Notes under the pieces: generated by a model
Databases searched by the model: none
Told to the model about the DNA's origin: nothing
The model's input: the letters and a program-made list of their open reading frames with translations, nothing else
Made by a program: the position numbers and the translations under genes
DNA from: an uncultured Nitrososphaeraceae archaeon
GTDB lineage: Archaea > Thermoproteota > Nitrososphaeria > Nitrososphaerales > Nitrososphaeraceae
DNA length: 64,000 nucleotides
NCBI GenBank assembly: GCA_963779615.1
Contig: CAVZZA010000001.1
Location: 544,001 to 608,000, forward strand
Direction of reading: 5' to 3'
Shown here: positions 1 through 10,098 of the stretch, piece after piece
Numbering within the stretch: the first letter of the stretch is position 1
Layout of the letters: every line of letters starts with the position of its first letter

Positions 1-2
1 TA

Positions 3-440
3 TTTCATAAACGATTAGTCTTTACATTTTTTGACAATGAAAGTGCAAAGATTAGTGGGATAAAAACATATTATGTGGAATTGTTATTTTCGTTTGTTTT
101 AGCAACGGTTATTATAGCCTCAATGTCTTCTATCGGTGTAACACTCCTTGCGGCAGTGATAGTTGGACCGGCAATATCTGCAAGAATACTTTCAAATAAT
201 TTTACTAGTGTCATATTGTTATCTATCATTATAGGAATAGTTGCCTCGTTTTCTGGAATGTATTTTAGCTTTTTCTTGGATTCTTCATCAGGACCCACCA
301 TTGTTATGTTTGTAACTTTAGGATTTGGATTAGCTGTTTTTTACGCTACTTTAAGAAAAATATATCACTCCCACAGTCATGGTGATTTAACTCATTCTCA
401 TACCCACATGCATACGGACGAACATAGGCATAGTCATTAA
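3..440 (+). CDS. ABC-type Mn/Zn transport permease (ZnuB/MntB family), 5'-truncated, with His-rich C-terminal tail
   Basis: Frame is open from position 3 (FHKRLVFTFFDNESAKISGIK...); hydrophobic helices, SSGPTIV motif; tail HSHSHGDLTHSHTHMHTDEHRHSH. Confidence 0.85.
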   Translation, partial: FHKRLVFTFFDNESAKISGIKTYYVELLFSFVLATVIIASMSSIGVTLLAAVIVGPAISARILSNNFTSVILLSIIIGIVASFSGMYFSFFLDSSSGPTIVMFVTLGFGLAVFYATLRKIYHSHSHGDLTHSHTHMHTDEHRHSH

Positions 441-896
441 ATTTTTTTTCTAGGATGTTTTATTAAAGTGAAACCTCAATAATGGATTAATAACTAATCT
501 GGATAATGATATTTTGTATTAGATTCCATTATTTACCAAATAACCAAAGATGAAATTAATCTTTTTTTTTATATCTATGTCAAATTTATGTAGATTATTG
601 TCTTTTTGCTCCGCTTAGAATTGAATGTCATTAAAGTTTCAAAGAAGCTAGGTTTTTAAGTTTTGGAAATATCTGGTATGTTAATTTAAACTCAAACTAA
701 TAAAAAATACTCCTAATTTATTTGGAATTATCCATATCCCAAATTATAAATTGAACAATCATACTTAAGCTAACACGCCCATATTGTTATTGTTACTATT
801 TTTGTTTGATTATGATAAATTATAATTAATGCGCCTGCTGTTAAGACAGGAAAAAATTTAAATTAAATATTTGAGAGAATGACTATCTTCGGTTTT

Positions 897-2135
897 TCAT
901 TTTGCTAGTTTCTCCAAGCTTTTAAAAAACGTGAATCCTGCAAAAGTCATTCCAGCCAGGACCTGTGAAAAGAAATCGTTTTCGTATAAATTAACTGATA
1001 TGTTTCTTCCTCCTGTTTTTAATGATTTCAAGTATGTGTTTTTTGCAAATTCATCAATCATTTTTGCTATATCCCCGCTAACTACCAGATTGTTTAATAA
1101 ACCCACATATTCATTATTTCCTACGGATAGAATCTGGGCCTTTATTTCATAATCAAATCTTTCCTTTGATTCTGTTTTGTTGATATAATGGTCAGAAATA
1201 TGATCTGCTAAATAACGTGCTTGCCTTACAGCAATTTGTGCCAAAGGTGGGTATAAAGCCCCCTTTGAATCTTTCATCGCAGCTATGTCTCCTATAGAAT
1301 AGATGTTTTCATATTGATTGGTCTTACAGTATTCATTAACTATTATTCTCCCATCGTTAGTTTTTTCAACCGACGGCTCGATGTCTATATTAAATCCTTT
1401 TACTCCTGCTGTCCAAATTATTAGTGATGAATTAATTTGTAAGCCGTCTTTGAGAAACAATGTATTTTGGTCTACCCGTTCCACCAGTGAATTGTGAAAA
1501 ATTCTTATGCCTTTTTTCTTTAAGATGTCTTCAATTCTGTTTTTAACCCTAATATCCCATCCATAAAGTATTGTTGAGGTCGCCTCAATAATATTTACTT
1601 TGACATTGTCTTTATTTTTTGACAGGTTTATCATTTCCGCCAAAGCACTTCCAAGACTTATCCCTGTGGCGCCTGCTCCGACAATTACAATGTTTTGTTT
1701 TTTTTCTTCTTTAACTATTTTTGAAATATGGTCGTAAATAATTGAAGCATCATAGATAGATCTGAGAGGTAGGGTGTATTTGTCTGCTCCGGGAATATTA
1801 AAATATTTAGTAGACGATCCTAGACAGACAATCAATTCGTCATATTTTATTTCTTCAGAATCTAGTATTATTGTCCTCTTATCCGGTATTATTTTTTTTA
1901 CGTTTGATTGGATAAATTTTATTTTTTTTCCGTAAATTAGTGATGATATTGGAATTTTTAATTGCTCTTCTGTCCTAAAGCCTGAAGCGACCAAATGAAT
2001 CTCTTGCATTAATTGATGGTAATCGTTTCTATCTACCAATATTATTTCAGCTAAATCCTTTAATTTGGACGAAAGATTTGTACAAAGAAATATTCCTGCA
2101 TATCCTGCACCAAGAACCACTATTTTAGCACCCAT
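897..2135 (-). CDS. NAD(P)/FAD-dependent oxidoreductase, type II NADH dehydrogenase-like
   Basis: Two Rossmann motifs (GAGYAG, GAGATG), IWTAGV, YSIGDIA, PPLAQIAVRQA. Confidence 0.85.
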   Translation of the reverse strand: MGAKIVVLGAGYAGIFLCTNLSSKLKDLAEIILVDRNDYHQLMQEIHLVASGFRTEEQLKIPISSLIYGKKIKFIQSNVKKIIPDKRTIILDSEEIKYDELIVCLGSSTKYFNIPGADKYTLPLRSIYDASIIYDHISKIVKEEKKQNIVIVGAGATGISLGSALAEMINLSKNKDNVKVNIIEATSTILYGWDIRVKNRIEDILKKKGIRIFHNSLVERVDQNTLFLKDGLQINSSLIIWTAGVKGFNIDIEPSVEKTNDGRIIVNEYCKTNQYENIYSIGDIAAMKDSKGALYPPLAQIAVRQARYLADHISDHYINKTESKERFDYEIKAQILSVGNNEYVGLLNNLVVSGDIAKMIDEFAKNTYLKSLKTGGRNISVNLYENDFFSQVLAGMTFAGFTFFKSLEKLAK

Positions 2136-2170
2136 TTTACTTCACCTTTCTCCTCAACTTTTTGTCTCTT

Positions 2171-3472
2171 TCATTGATTACCATTTTTTTTTAATTTAAC
2201 TTTTTTTATTGTGTATTCTATCGATAAAAATGACACTATTGAGATGGCCATACTTGGTATGGTCGAGCCTATATTCAAATTTTCATGATGAATTGGTGAA
2301 ATTGGTGAAATGATAAAATAGGTTAGGCTTCCTATCAGGAATGAAAAAAAGGCGGAAACTTTAAACTTTGCACATTTGTCATAAAATGCATCGATTGATA
2401 CCCTCCCTTTTTTTATTATGTAATAGTCGATTAGTACTATGGCAAATAAGGGCGCAAACAATGCACCTATTACAAGTAAAAATGATTCATATTGATTTAT
2501 GGGTATTATATTTGATAATATGCAACTTAATGCTGTAAATATTATTACAAGGTACCTGTAGTTTATTTTATTAAAAATGTTTTTAAAAGACATTGCAGAT
2601 GAAAAAATATTTGCAAAAACATTGTCTATTTCATCAACAATTAATATCAATAGGATAAACCCAAAAAAGAAAGACTGAATGGCAAATAATATTTCAAAAA
2701 CATCATTTATTCCTAATAATACGCCAATTATATAAAAAAGAGTATTAGTTATTGAAAACCCAATAAATGTTCCTAAAAAAGCATTTTTGCTTTTGTGAGC
2801 AAATCTGTTATAATCTGCCACGAGGGGTAACCATGACAGTGGCATGGCAATCACCAGGTCTAATGAGCTAAAAAAATCAAAGTTGTTAGGTTTGATATCT
2901 ATTAGATTAGCATTGTGATGGCCGCTAAATGCTATTAAATTCACTAGCATAATTACTGTTGAACCATAAACAACCCAAACGGCAAATTTGTTGAGCCATT
3001 GTTTTATAACTTTCAGAGGGCCTGAAATGCCAAAAACAATTATGATTATCCCGAAAATAATCGACCAAATATAAAAGTCAATAAATCCTTGGGTAAAAAT
3101 ACTAGCGGCCTTGGATAGTATTGTTATTTCAAATGTGGCCCATCCTGTCAACTGAAGTATGTTGAGGACAGTAAGTAAATACGATCCATAGATGCCAAAT
3201 GCAGGTCTCATACTCACTACTGATGGGATTGAATGATCACTGCCGATTTTTCCTGCCATCGCTAGTAGAATAGAGCCTACAATAGACCCTAGTACTATTA
3301 CGAATAACGCACCTAAAATATTCGATGTGTAAATGAAAGATCCTGCTGATATTACTAATAATCCTACTCCCAAACTGGACCAAAGGACAAAGAAATCTTT
3401 TCCAGTTAGTATTTTATTTTTTTTATCTATGGGGTTTATTCCTATATCTGAGTCATGCTTGGGAAATTTCAT
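2171..3472 (-). CDS. NCS1-family cytosine/purine permease, CytX-like (possible hydroxymethylpyrimidine uptake)
   Basis: About 12 TM segments; MRPAFGIYGS, NILQLTGW, MPLSWLPLVADYNRF motifs. Confidence 0.8.
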   Translation of the reverse strand: MKFPKHDSDIGINPIDKKNKILTGKDFFVLWSSLGVGLLVISAGSFIYTSNILGALFVIVLGSIVGSILLAMAGKIGSDHSIPSVVSMRPAFGIYGSYLLTVLNILQLTGWATFEITILSKAASIFTQGFIDFYIWSIIFGIIIIVFGISGPLKVIKQWLNKFAVWVVYGSTVIMLVNLIAFSGHHNANLIDIKPNNFDFFSSLDLVIAMPLSWLPLVADYNRFAHKSKNAFLGTFIGFSITNTLFYIIGVLLGINDVFEILFAIQSFFFGFILLILIVDEIDNVFANIFSSAMSFKNIFNKINYRYLVIIFTALSCILSNIIPINQYESFLLVIGALFAPLFAIVLIDYYIIKKGRVSIDAFYDKCAKFKVSAFFSFLIGSLTYFIISPISPIHHENLNIGSTIPSMAISIVSFLSIEYTIKKVKLKKNGNQ

Positions 3473-3560
3473 TACACGCGTAAACCTGATCTCACTTATT
3501 CAGTCTGTAGGTAAGATATATTTTTTCATCTAAAACGTTGTTTATCGTATACATCATGTT

Positions 3561-4145
3561 GTGAATCCCATAAATTTAAATTTGTTTTTATACACGGTTT
3601 TATATATCATGTCCTTTGGAGTAGATACACTTGGCGGTTTAATAGAGAAACTAAAACAATTGGTTACTGAAACTCAAGATCAGTATGAATCTTTTTATGA
3701 TGACACCCAATTATTCAAACAAGGTAAAATAGACAACAAGGAATATTTTTCAAAGATTGGCGAATTTCTTGTATCATCCTCAGCATTAAATTTTCTAGCA
3801 TGTCGTATTATTCTTGAAATAAAAACTGTTCTTGATAAGGGCACGTCAAGAAAAAGCTCTTTTGGCGATTCTCCTCATTCAATTTCCGCATCGCCATCTG
3901 GATTAGGCAGTGGAGGTGGAGGTAGCGGTATTGATAGCTTTGCCTCAGGGGGCCCCGATAGTTCTTTAAATAAGGGATATGATTTGCCTAAACCACAAGA
4001 AGCCCCGCATTCCTTTAAACCTGTTGATATTGTGATCTCAAAACCGGACTCTCCCACAATCAAAGAGCAAAAAAACTGCATCGTATGTGCCTCATCAATT
4101 CCAAAACATGCAAAGTTTTGTAATAAATGCGGTAATTCCCAATAA
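3561..4145 (+). CDS. Zinc-ribbon domain protein (true start probably ATG 3609)
   Basis: C-terminal CIVC...FCNKCG after a Gly/Ser/Pro linker. Confidence 0.75.
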   Translation: MNPINLNLFLYTVLYIMSFGVDTLGGLIEKLKQLVTETQDQYESFYDDTQLFKQGKIDNKEYFSKIGEFLVSSSALNFLACRIILEIKTVLDKGTSRKSSFGDSPHSISASPSGLGSGGGGSGIDSFASGGPDSSLNKGYDLPKPQEAPHSFKPVDIVISKPDSPTIKEQKNCIVCASSIPKHAKFCNKCGNSQ

Positions 4146-4175
4146 TTAATATACGCTTTTTTTTATTTTAATAGT

Positions 4176-4577
4176 ATGAAGATCTTTAACGGACGCCTAG
4201 CCACCGATGAGTACATGTCAACTCATTCTCTTACTTTTTCTACCCCTGAAATGACCTTGAAAAAATTTGCTTTATGGTTGGGCGAGCAAGTGAATGATCC
4301 TAAAACAAATATTTCTACCCCTCGCCTGCTTTCATACATTGAAGATAGAAAAGAAAATCGTCAATCATCCTCGAGTTCTACCAGCAAATCTGATTTTCTC
4401 CCCGATGTAGACGAGACTTTTAAGCCCACTGGAGCCATATCTGGTCTATATGGAGAAAATACTGCCAATAAACCTTCTTCTACCCCTGACATTGAAAAAA
4501 AATACTGTATAATCTGCGGCGCCGACATCAAGCCGGCTTCTAAATTTTGCAATAAATGCGGTGGCATTCAAGAATAA
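4176..4577 (+). CDS. Zinc-ribbon domain protein
   Basis: C-terminal CIIC...FCNKCG. Confidence 0.75.
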   Translation: MKIFNGRLATDEYMSTHSLTFSTPEMTLKKFALWLGEQVNDPKTNISTPRLLSYIEDRKENRQSSSSSTSKSDFLPDVDETFKPTGAISGLYGENTANKPSSTPDIEKKYCIICGADIKPASKFCNKCGGIQE

Positions 4578-4800
4578 AGTTCAATGTTTCTACAGAAATA
4601 ATTTTATTTTAATTTTGTGTAATAGTACAATACTTAAAAAACGATGTACAATAATACGTTATAGAATAAAATTTGCTTTTTTTTATCTATGTCAATTTCA
4701 ATTTCTGATTCTTTTATTAATATTGTTTGCATGATAATTCCATTATTGGATTGTAAATAGATTACATTATATTGATGAATATACACCATAGTTAAAATAA

Positions 4801-5340
4801 TTGACAAGAGTCTTTTCATTTTTATTTTCATTTGTTTCACTATGGATAGGCTTGTCGGCTGTTTTGTCTCACTTGGTTTTCATATATGACCTTAATTATT
4901 CGTTTTATTATGTAGTTTGGATATCTGCTTTCATTTTTTCCTTGCTGATTTTTTTTAAACCTCTTTCATCTGCACGAAAATCACTTCGAGAACGATTTTC
5001 TAGGAGTGTTTCCTGGCCGCATTTTGTTAAATTGATAAACGGTCTTACATGGGCTCTGCCTTTTACTTTAATTCCCTTTTTTCAAAAAGATTATCCATTT
5101 CTATTGCTTACAGGATTATCTTCAGGTAACATCTCTACCTTTATTTTTCTTAGACGGTATTCTCAAATCCATAGCATTGAACAGATAGTTACGGGCTCTG
5201 CCTTATTGATATCATTGTTTTGTATATTAATTTTGTATCATGGCTATTTAGTTGATTATGAGTCAATCTTGTTTGCCTCTCGAATTCTTATTTCTTTATC
5301 TTATGGCTTGGGAGGGATTGTTGGCTATATGAGGAACTAG
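4801..5340 (+). CDS. Hypothetical integral membrane protein
   Basis: 179 aa ORF with about 6 hydrophobic segments. Confidence 0.65.
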   Translation: MTRVFSFLFSFVSLWIGLSAVLSHLVFIYDLNYSFYYVVWISAFIFSLLIFFKPLSSARKSLRERFSRSVSWPHFVKLINGLTWALPFTLIPFFQKDYPFLLLTGLSSGNISTFIFLRRYSQIHSIEQIVTGSALLISLFCILILYHGYLVDYESILFASRILISLSYGLGGIVGYMRN

Positions 5341-5393
5341 AAAAAGAATTAATAGTCATATTTACATAATTGAATTTCTTCTAATTATTATCT

Positions 5394-6128
5394 TTGATAA
5401 AAAAGCCTGGCTCATTGAATAATTACACAGAAGCTGTTTGTATTTTTAGTGGCGGAATGGATTCTGTCAGTACCGCTTCTTATCTAAAAAAATTGGGGCT
5501 GGACATCCACCTAATTTCTTTTAACTATGGCCAAAAGGCCTCTATCGAATTGAATATCGCAAAAAAGTTTTCAAAGCTATTGAAAAGTAAAGAACATAAA
5601 ATAATAGATATATCATTTCTAAAAACGTTGTATGGAAATACTAATGCTTTAACCAATCCTAAATCTAAAATACCTAATACTTTTGACTATAGTATTGTTG
5701 TTCCATTGCGCAATACCATTTTTATCACTCTTGCTTCAGTATGGGCGATATCTTTGAAAATTCCACTAATAGTGTATGGTGCACATTCTGGAGATACGAA
5801 ATATCCTGATTGCCGCCCTTCTTTTGTTAAATCTTTGGAAAACACCTTAACTCTATCCGAAATAGATGGGATAGAATTGGGATTGCAAAAAAAAATAAAT
5901 ATTTGGTCCCCTGCAATGGATAATTTGGATAAATCCGCATTGCTTTTGATTGGATATGAACTTTTAGGCGACAAACTTTTTCAATCTTGGAGTTGCTATT
6001 GTGGAAGTGACAATAACAAAGCAAGTAAAGTTAAATCTCATTGTGGCAAGTGTGAGTCTTGTGTGAATAGAAAAAACGCAATAATGAAATCTGGTTTAGC
6101 GGATAAAACTAATTATGCGGAAATTTAA
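5394..6128 (+). CDS. queC: 7-cyano-7-deazaguanine (preQ0) synthase
   Basis: SGGMDS PP-loop, VPLRN, YPDCRP, WSCY, HCGKCESC zinc motif. Confidence 0.93.
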   Translation: MIKKPGSLNNYTEAVCIFSGGMDSVSTASYLKKLGLDIHLISFNYGQKASIELNIAKKFSKLLKSKEHKIIDISFLKTLYGNTNALTNPKSKIPNTFDYSIVVPLRNTIFITLASVWAISLKIPLIVYGAHSGDTKYPDCRPSFVKSLENTLTLSEIDGIELGLQKKINIWSPAMDNLDKSALLLIGYELLGDKLFQSWSCYCGSDNNKASKVKSHCGKCESCVNRKNAIMKSGLADKTNYAEI

Positions 6129-6376
6129 ATTGAATTTAAAATAATTGTGAAATTATTAAGTTTTATGTTTACCATAAAATATCATTGCTGAGATATAGAA
6201 TATTCTATTTCATTTAAAGGAAGTAATGTCATTACACTTGGAGGATCGACCTAATTCGCCAATATAGTTTGTTCAATGTATTTATTACAACACCAAATGG
6301 TATACTGTGCTATTATTTTAAAACACCATTTTTTTTTGAATAACTTTAATAATCTTGTATTAACTCAAATAAACAT

Positions 6377-6973
6377 ATGAATTCTCAAACAATTTTGATT
6401 TCATTATGCTTGGTAATACTAATTTTTATAGCATCCATCATTACAATCAGTTTTACAATTGGAGATATGAAAAATGTTTTTGATCAATCGTTAAAGTTGG
6501 ACTCTGAACTTTACAAACGAATCTCTGTAGGGACTAATTATGTATATCAAACAGATACTAGTAAATTTATGCAACCAATATTACTTAACGGCTTAAACTT
6601 CAGTCAGAATCAATTTCTCTTGATGTATGATTCTACGCCATATGCAAGTAAAGGACATATTGCAATGAGTGTACCGTGCGATAAAGACAATCCTTCACAA
6701 TCGATGTTTCAAGTCCTTGAAGGTAGAGCCCCAGATTTATTCCCAGTGCCCTTGGGATACATAAAAGATATTTCATCAGTACCCACAATGTGTGTGTATC
6801 ACGGTCAATATGGATTTGGAGACCCAGTCACAGATCTAGCGTTAAAATATGTTGGGGAAGGAAATGTGTCATTGAACGGACCCTATTCAGTGATAGTTTC
6901 TAAGCTAGAATCATACATTCCAAAACAAAAATCATTTGAAGAATTACAACATGCACAAATGGCGAATCCATAG
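6377..6973 (+). CDS. Membrane-anchored/secreted hypothetical protein
   Basis: N-terminal TM helix; YDSTP-GHIA-PCD-MCVYH motif resembles the C-terminus of 46475..47407. Confidence 0.7.
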   Translation: MNSQTILISLCLVILIFIASIITISFTIGDMKNVFDQSLKLDSELYKRISVGTNYVYQTDTSKFMQPILLNGLNFSQNQFLLMYDSTPYASKGHIAMSVPCDKDNPSQSMFQVLEGRAPDLFPVPLGYIKDISSVPTMCVYHGQYGFGDPVTDLALKYVGEGNVSLNGPYSVIVSKLESYIPKQKSFEELQHAQMANP

Positions 6974-7033
6974 TTAGTGAATTAAAACCATTTTTAATTC
7001 TTTTTTGTGTTATAAGAACAAAGGCTATCAAAA

Positions 7034-7067
7034 CATTCAAACAATTTAATTTTAGATTGTTTGAATG
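7034..7067. repeat. Perfect 12-bp inverted repeat (possible hairpin or binding site)
   Basis: CATTCAAACAAT-N10-ATTGTTTGAATG, about 60 nt after the stop of 6377..6973. Confidence 0.6.
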
Positions 7068-8147
7068 CATTTCCAATTCATCAAAGTCCTCAATCCTCAG
7101 GTATTCATATGATCCCATATTCTGAGCTTAAGGGGGTTTTAACTATCAGTATAGTATTTCACCGTTTAATATAATGGGTAATCACAGATACTTATCACAT
7201 TTTTTCCTTTTCTATCGGTAGTAAGGTATTTTTCCTTTTAGAAATAATTATTGTAAAAAACAACTTGCTTATCCAAAAAATGATTTAATTATGAGAAGAC
7301 CAGTGATGAACTTTTTAGGGATATATTGCCAGATTATTTTCCTTTCTCGTTGCTTCACTCACTTCGCCTATTTGCCGTTATTTACCATTTGTCAAATAGT
7401 GTTGATCTCTCTTCTATTGAGTTAAATATAAAACGCTTATTGTGAAAACCTACATAATCATTTTCAACTTTATCGGATTTGGGTATTACCGGTAAAATAA
7501 GAAACAACTTTTCATGAGTTTCATCAAACGGATAATTATTGAGTTTATTGATAAATTTATCAATAATCCAATTAAAGCTATTTATTAATGATTTCCATAT
7601 CAATAAAGAATTGTATTTTTAATGATTAATGCGTGTTAATACCATGTATATGGTGCTAATCTGTCTACAATGAGCCTTTAATACAATCCAAATCTTTTTT
7701 TTATTGCAAATTTGTTAAAGATGAACTTTAACTTAAATTTATAAGTGTTAATATTTTGGTTGGTAACGATTTATAGTGAATTAATAATATATACAAAATA
7801 AAACAAGTGAATAGTTTTTAATGATCGTGATCTGTAAAAAAAATACACATATGTTTTAATGATCTTTGGCATTCAAAAATATAATTACATTATTTCAATG
7901 CTTCGCATTTCAGCAAGTTATAAATTTAAATTTCAAATACGTGAATACTTAAAATACATATGGCGAAGTTGTAATTTTTTAATTTAGTTTTATATTCCCA
8001 CATGAACTATTTGATTAACATTAATTATGATACATGTTATCGAATTGTTTTTATTTTACATTGTTAGAATTATAAATTCAGGTTTTTAGATTATTTATAA
8101 AAAGATAAGGCTTATAATAAAGATCAATTCCTATAGGTAAAATAAGT

Positions 8148-8420
8148 ATGGTGAACACAATCTTTCGGGTACAGTCGCACAAATTCAGTCAAGAAAATAT
8201 ACAAACTACTCTAGTTTGTTCAAATTGTGATGAAGTTTTCACCAAAGAATTTTTATTGGATCTTGAAGGTCAAACAATCGAATTTAAGTGTCCTGTATGT
8301 GGAAATTTGGGTGAAGCTGATATTCCCTATAAGACTGCGGAAGAACGAGAAGAATTCGAAGAAGATTTTGATGAAATAACGGAAGAAGAGAGTGGCGATG
8401 AATTCGAAGAAGATTTTTAA
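8148..8420 (+). CDS. Small zinc-ribbon protein with acidic tail
   Basis: CSNC...CPVC; E/D-rich C-terminus. Confidence 0.7.
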   Translation: MVNTIFRVQSHKFSQENIQTTLVCSNCDEVFTKEFLLDLEGQTIEFKCPVCGNLGEADIPYKTAEEREEFEEDFDEITEEESGDEFEEDF

Positions 8421-8426
8421 TTGGAT

Positions 8427-9518
8427 TTATCTATTTTTTATTCCTATTTTGCCTAACTGTGCTAAGAATGCGGCCAATTGAATTTCTGGGTGAGCGCCGC
8501 TTGATAGCCTGTAATCGTATTCTGCTATTATTGAAGAGACTTCAGATGGATCTCTAATACTCAAATTATGAATTTCCTCATTGGCGTATTTTAAAAAGTC
8601 AGTTTCTGATACTCCATAGACATATAACAATTCTAATAACTTTATTCTTGATTCGTTGAACTTTGAATCCAGGGCTAATCTTATTATTTCAGATATTTTA
8701 TTTTTTCCTGAAATACCTATTGCATTTTGAACTTGTAGTTCATTTATACTTCCATTGGTTGATGCCGCTTGCAAAATGTTTATGGAATGCCTTAGATCTC
8801 CATTTGTATGTTCGTATATTTTATGAAGTGCCTTTTCGTCAAATTTTATTTGTTCATTTTTACAAATGATCTTTAAGTAATTTACTACTTCATCTACAGG
8901 TACCTTTGAAAAACGAAAGACAACACATCTACTCTGAATAGGCTCTATGATATGAGAAAGGTAGTTGCAAATAAAAATAAACCTTGTAGTTTTTGAGCTG
9001 TCTTCTATAATTCTTCTTAGAGCTGTTTGTGCCTCTGATGTCATTTCATCAGCCTCATCTAGGACAATAATTTTAAACGGCCTCTCATTTTCTATTTGAT
9101 TTAATGAAAGCTTCATGATGGATGCAAACTCCTTTACTCTTTCACGTACCATTTTAATCCCTCTTTCATCTGACGCATTAAGCTCCAGTGTGTCTCTCTT
9201 CCAATTGTCTCCTAGTATTTCTCGTGCAAGACATAATGCAGTGGTGGTTTTTCCTATCCCTGCAGCACCTGTGAATAGGAGGTGTGGTAATTCATTGGGT
9301 TTATTTAACAAATTCTTTAAACCTTTTACAATCTCTTTCTGATTGATTATTTGATCCAGATTTTTCGGCCTGTATTTTTCTACCCACATAATATCTGAAA
9401 TTTTATCGCCTTTCTGTTGTTTATCATCCATCGTTAACAGATTATTTTCTTTTTCCAATTTAAAATTATTTATGGCTACTAAAAACATGCTTTTATAATT
9501 AATAATTTTATTAACCAA
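8427..9518 (-). CDS. rfcS: Replication factor C small subunit (start likely near 9431)
   Basis: WVEKYRP, Walker A GAAGIGKT, ELNASDERG, DEADEM, SRC motif. Confidence 0.95.
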   Translation of the reverse strand: MVNKIINYKSMFLVAINNFKLEKENNLLTMDDKQQKGDKISDIMWVEKYRPKNLDQIINQKEIVKGLKNLLNKPNELPHLLFTGAAGIGKTTTALCLAREILGDNWKRDTLELNASDERGIKMVRERVKEFASIMKLSLNQIENERPFKIIVLDEADEMTSEAQTALRRIIEDSSKTTRFIFICNYLSHIIEPIQSRCVVFRFSKVPVDEVVNYLKIICKNEQIKFDEKALHKIYEHTNGDLRHSINILQAASTNGSINELQVQNAIGISGKNKISEIIRLALDSKFNESRIKLLELLYVYGVSETDFLKYANEEIHNLSIRDPSEVSSIIAEYDYRLSSGAHPEIQLAAFLAQLGKIGIKNR

Positions 9519-9534
9519 TCAAACTAACTATATA

Positions 9535-10098
9535 GTGAATTCGTCATTGAATTTTAATACAAATAAATTAATTCAAGATTTGGATGATATTTCAATTCTT
9601 TATAGCTTTTCCAATTTAGATTATTTACTTAAAGATGTACGGGTAATCTATTTACAGGATGTTGAGATTTCAATACAGCCTTTTGTATCTGTCAGCGCAA
9701 AAGAAGGCGATATGACTTCCATTCCAAGATGGATTTCTATAATTTTGAGTGAAAATGGGTTGATAGAACTACACGACGAGGATAATTTATCTTATGTTAA
9801 AAGAGCATTAAACCGAGAAAGGATTTCCTCAACTCACGTTTTGTCTGCAATTGATCCCGATTTTTATGTTCGCGTAAATAATTATCTTCGCAATATTGAT
9901 GAAAAAGAACGAGAATCTCTGGTTGTCTCATTAAATCCATTTATTGCATCAAGAATACAAAAAATAGTAAAACTTTCTGCTTCTTCTCCTCTGGTTCCCG
10001 AAATCGAAGAAAAGCTTTCTTTGGAAGAAAAATTACTATATGAAACTTTTTATGAAATGACTTCTAATTTTAAAAAATTGGTGTTAAAACTTGAGTAG
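9535..10098 (+). CDS. GINS complex subunit (Gins23-type)
   Basis: IPRWI...DFY pattern; overlaps mcm start, the usual archaeal gins-mcm linkage. Confidence 0.8.
   Translation: MNSSLNFNTNKLIQDLDDISILYSFSNLDYLLKDVRVIYLQDVEISIQPFVSVSAKEGDMTSIPRWISIILSENGLIELHDEDNLSYVKRALNRERISSTHVLSAIDPDFYVRVNNYLRNIDEKERESLVVSLNPFIASRIQKIVKLSASSPLVPEIEEKLSLEEKLLYETFYEMTSNFKKLVLKLE

Noticed and set aside
3431-3515. TPP-riboswitch-like words (GGGG, CTGAG, ACCTGATCT, GTAGG) beside the CytX-like permease
   Set aside because: They are on the strand opposite the permease and overlap its start; P2 and P5 pairings do not form. A cmsearch with RF00059 would settle it.
7620-8140. Replication origin near mcm
   Set aside because: AT-rich, but no ORB repeats or cdc6/orc1 gene were recognised.
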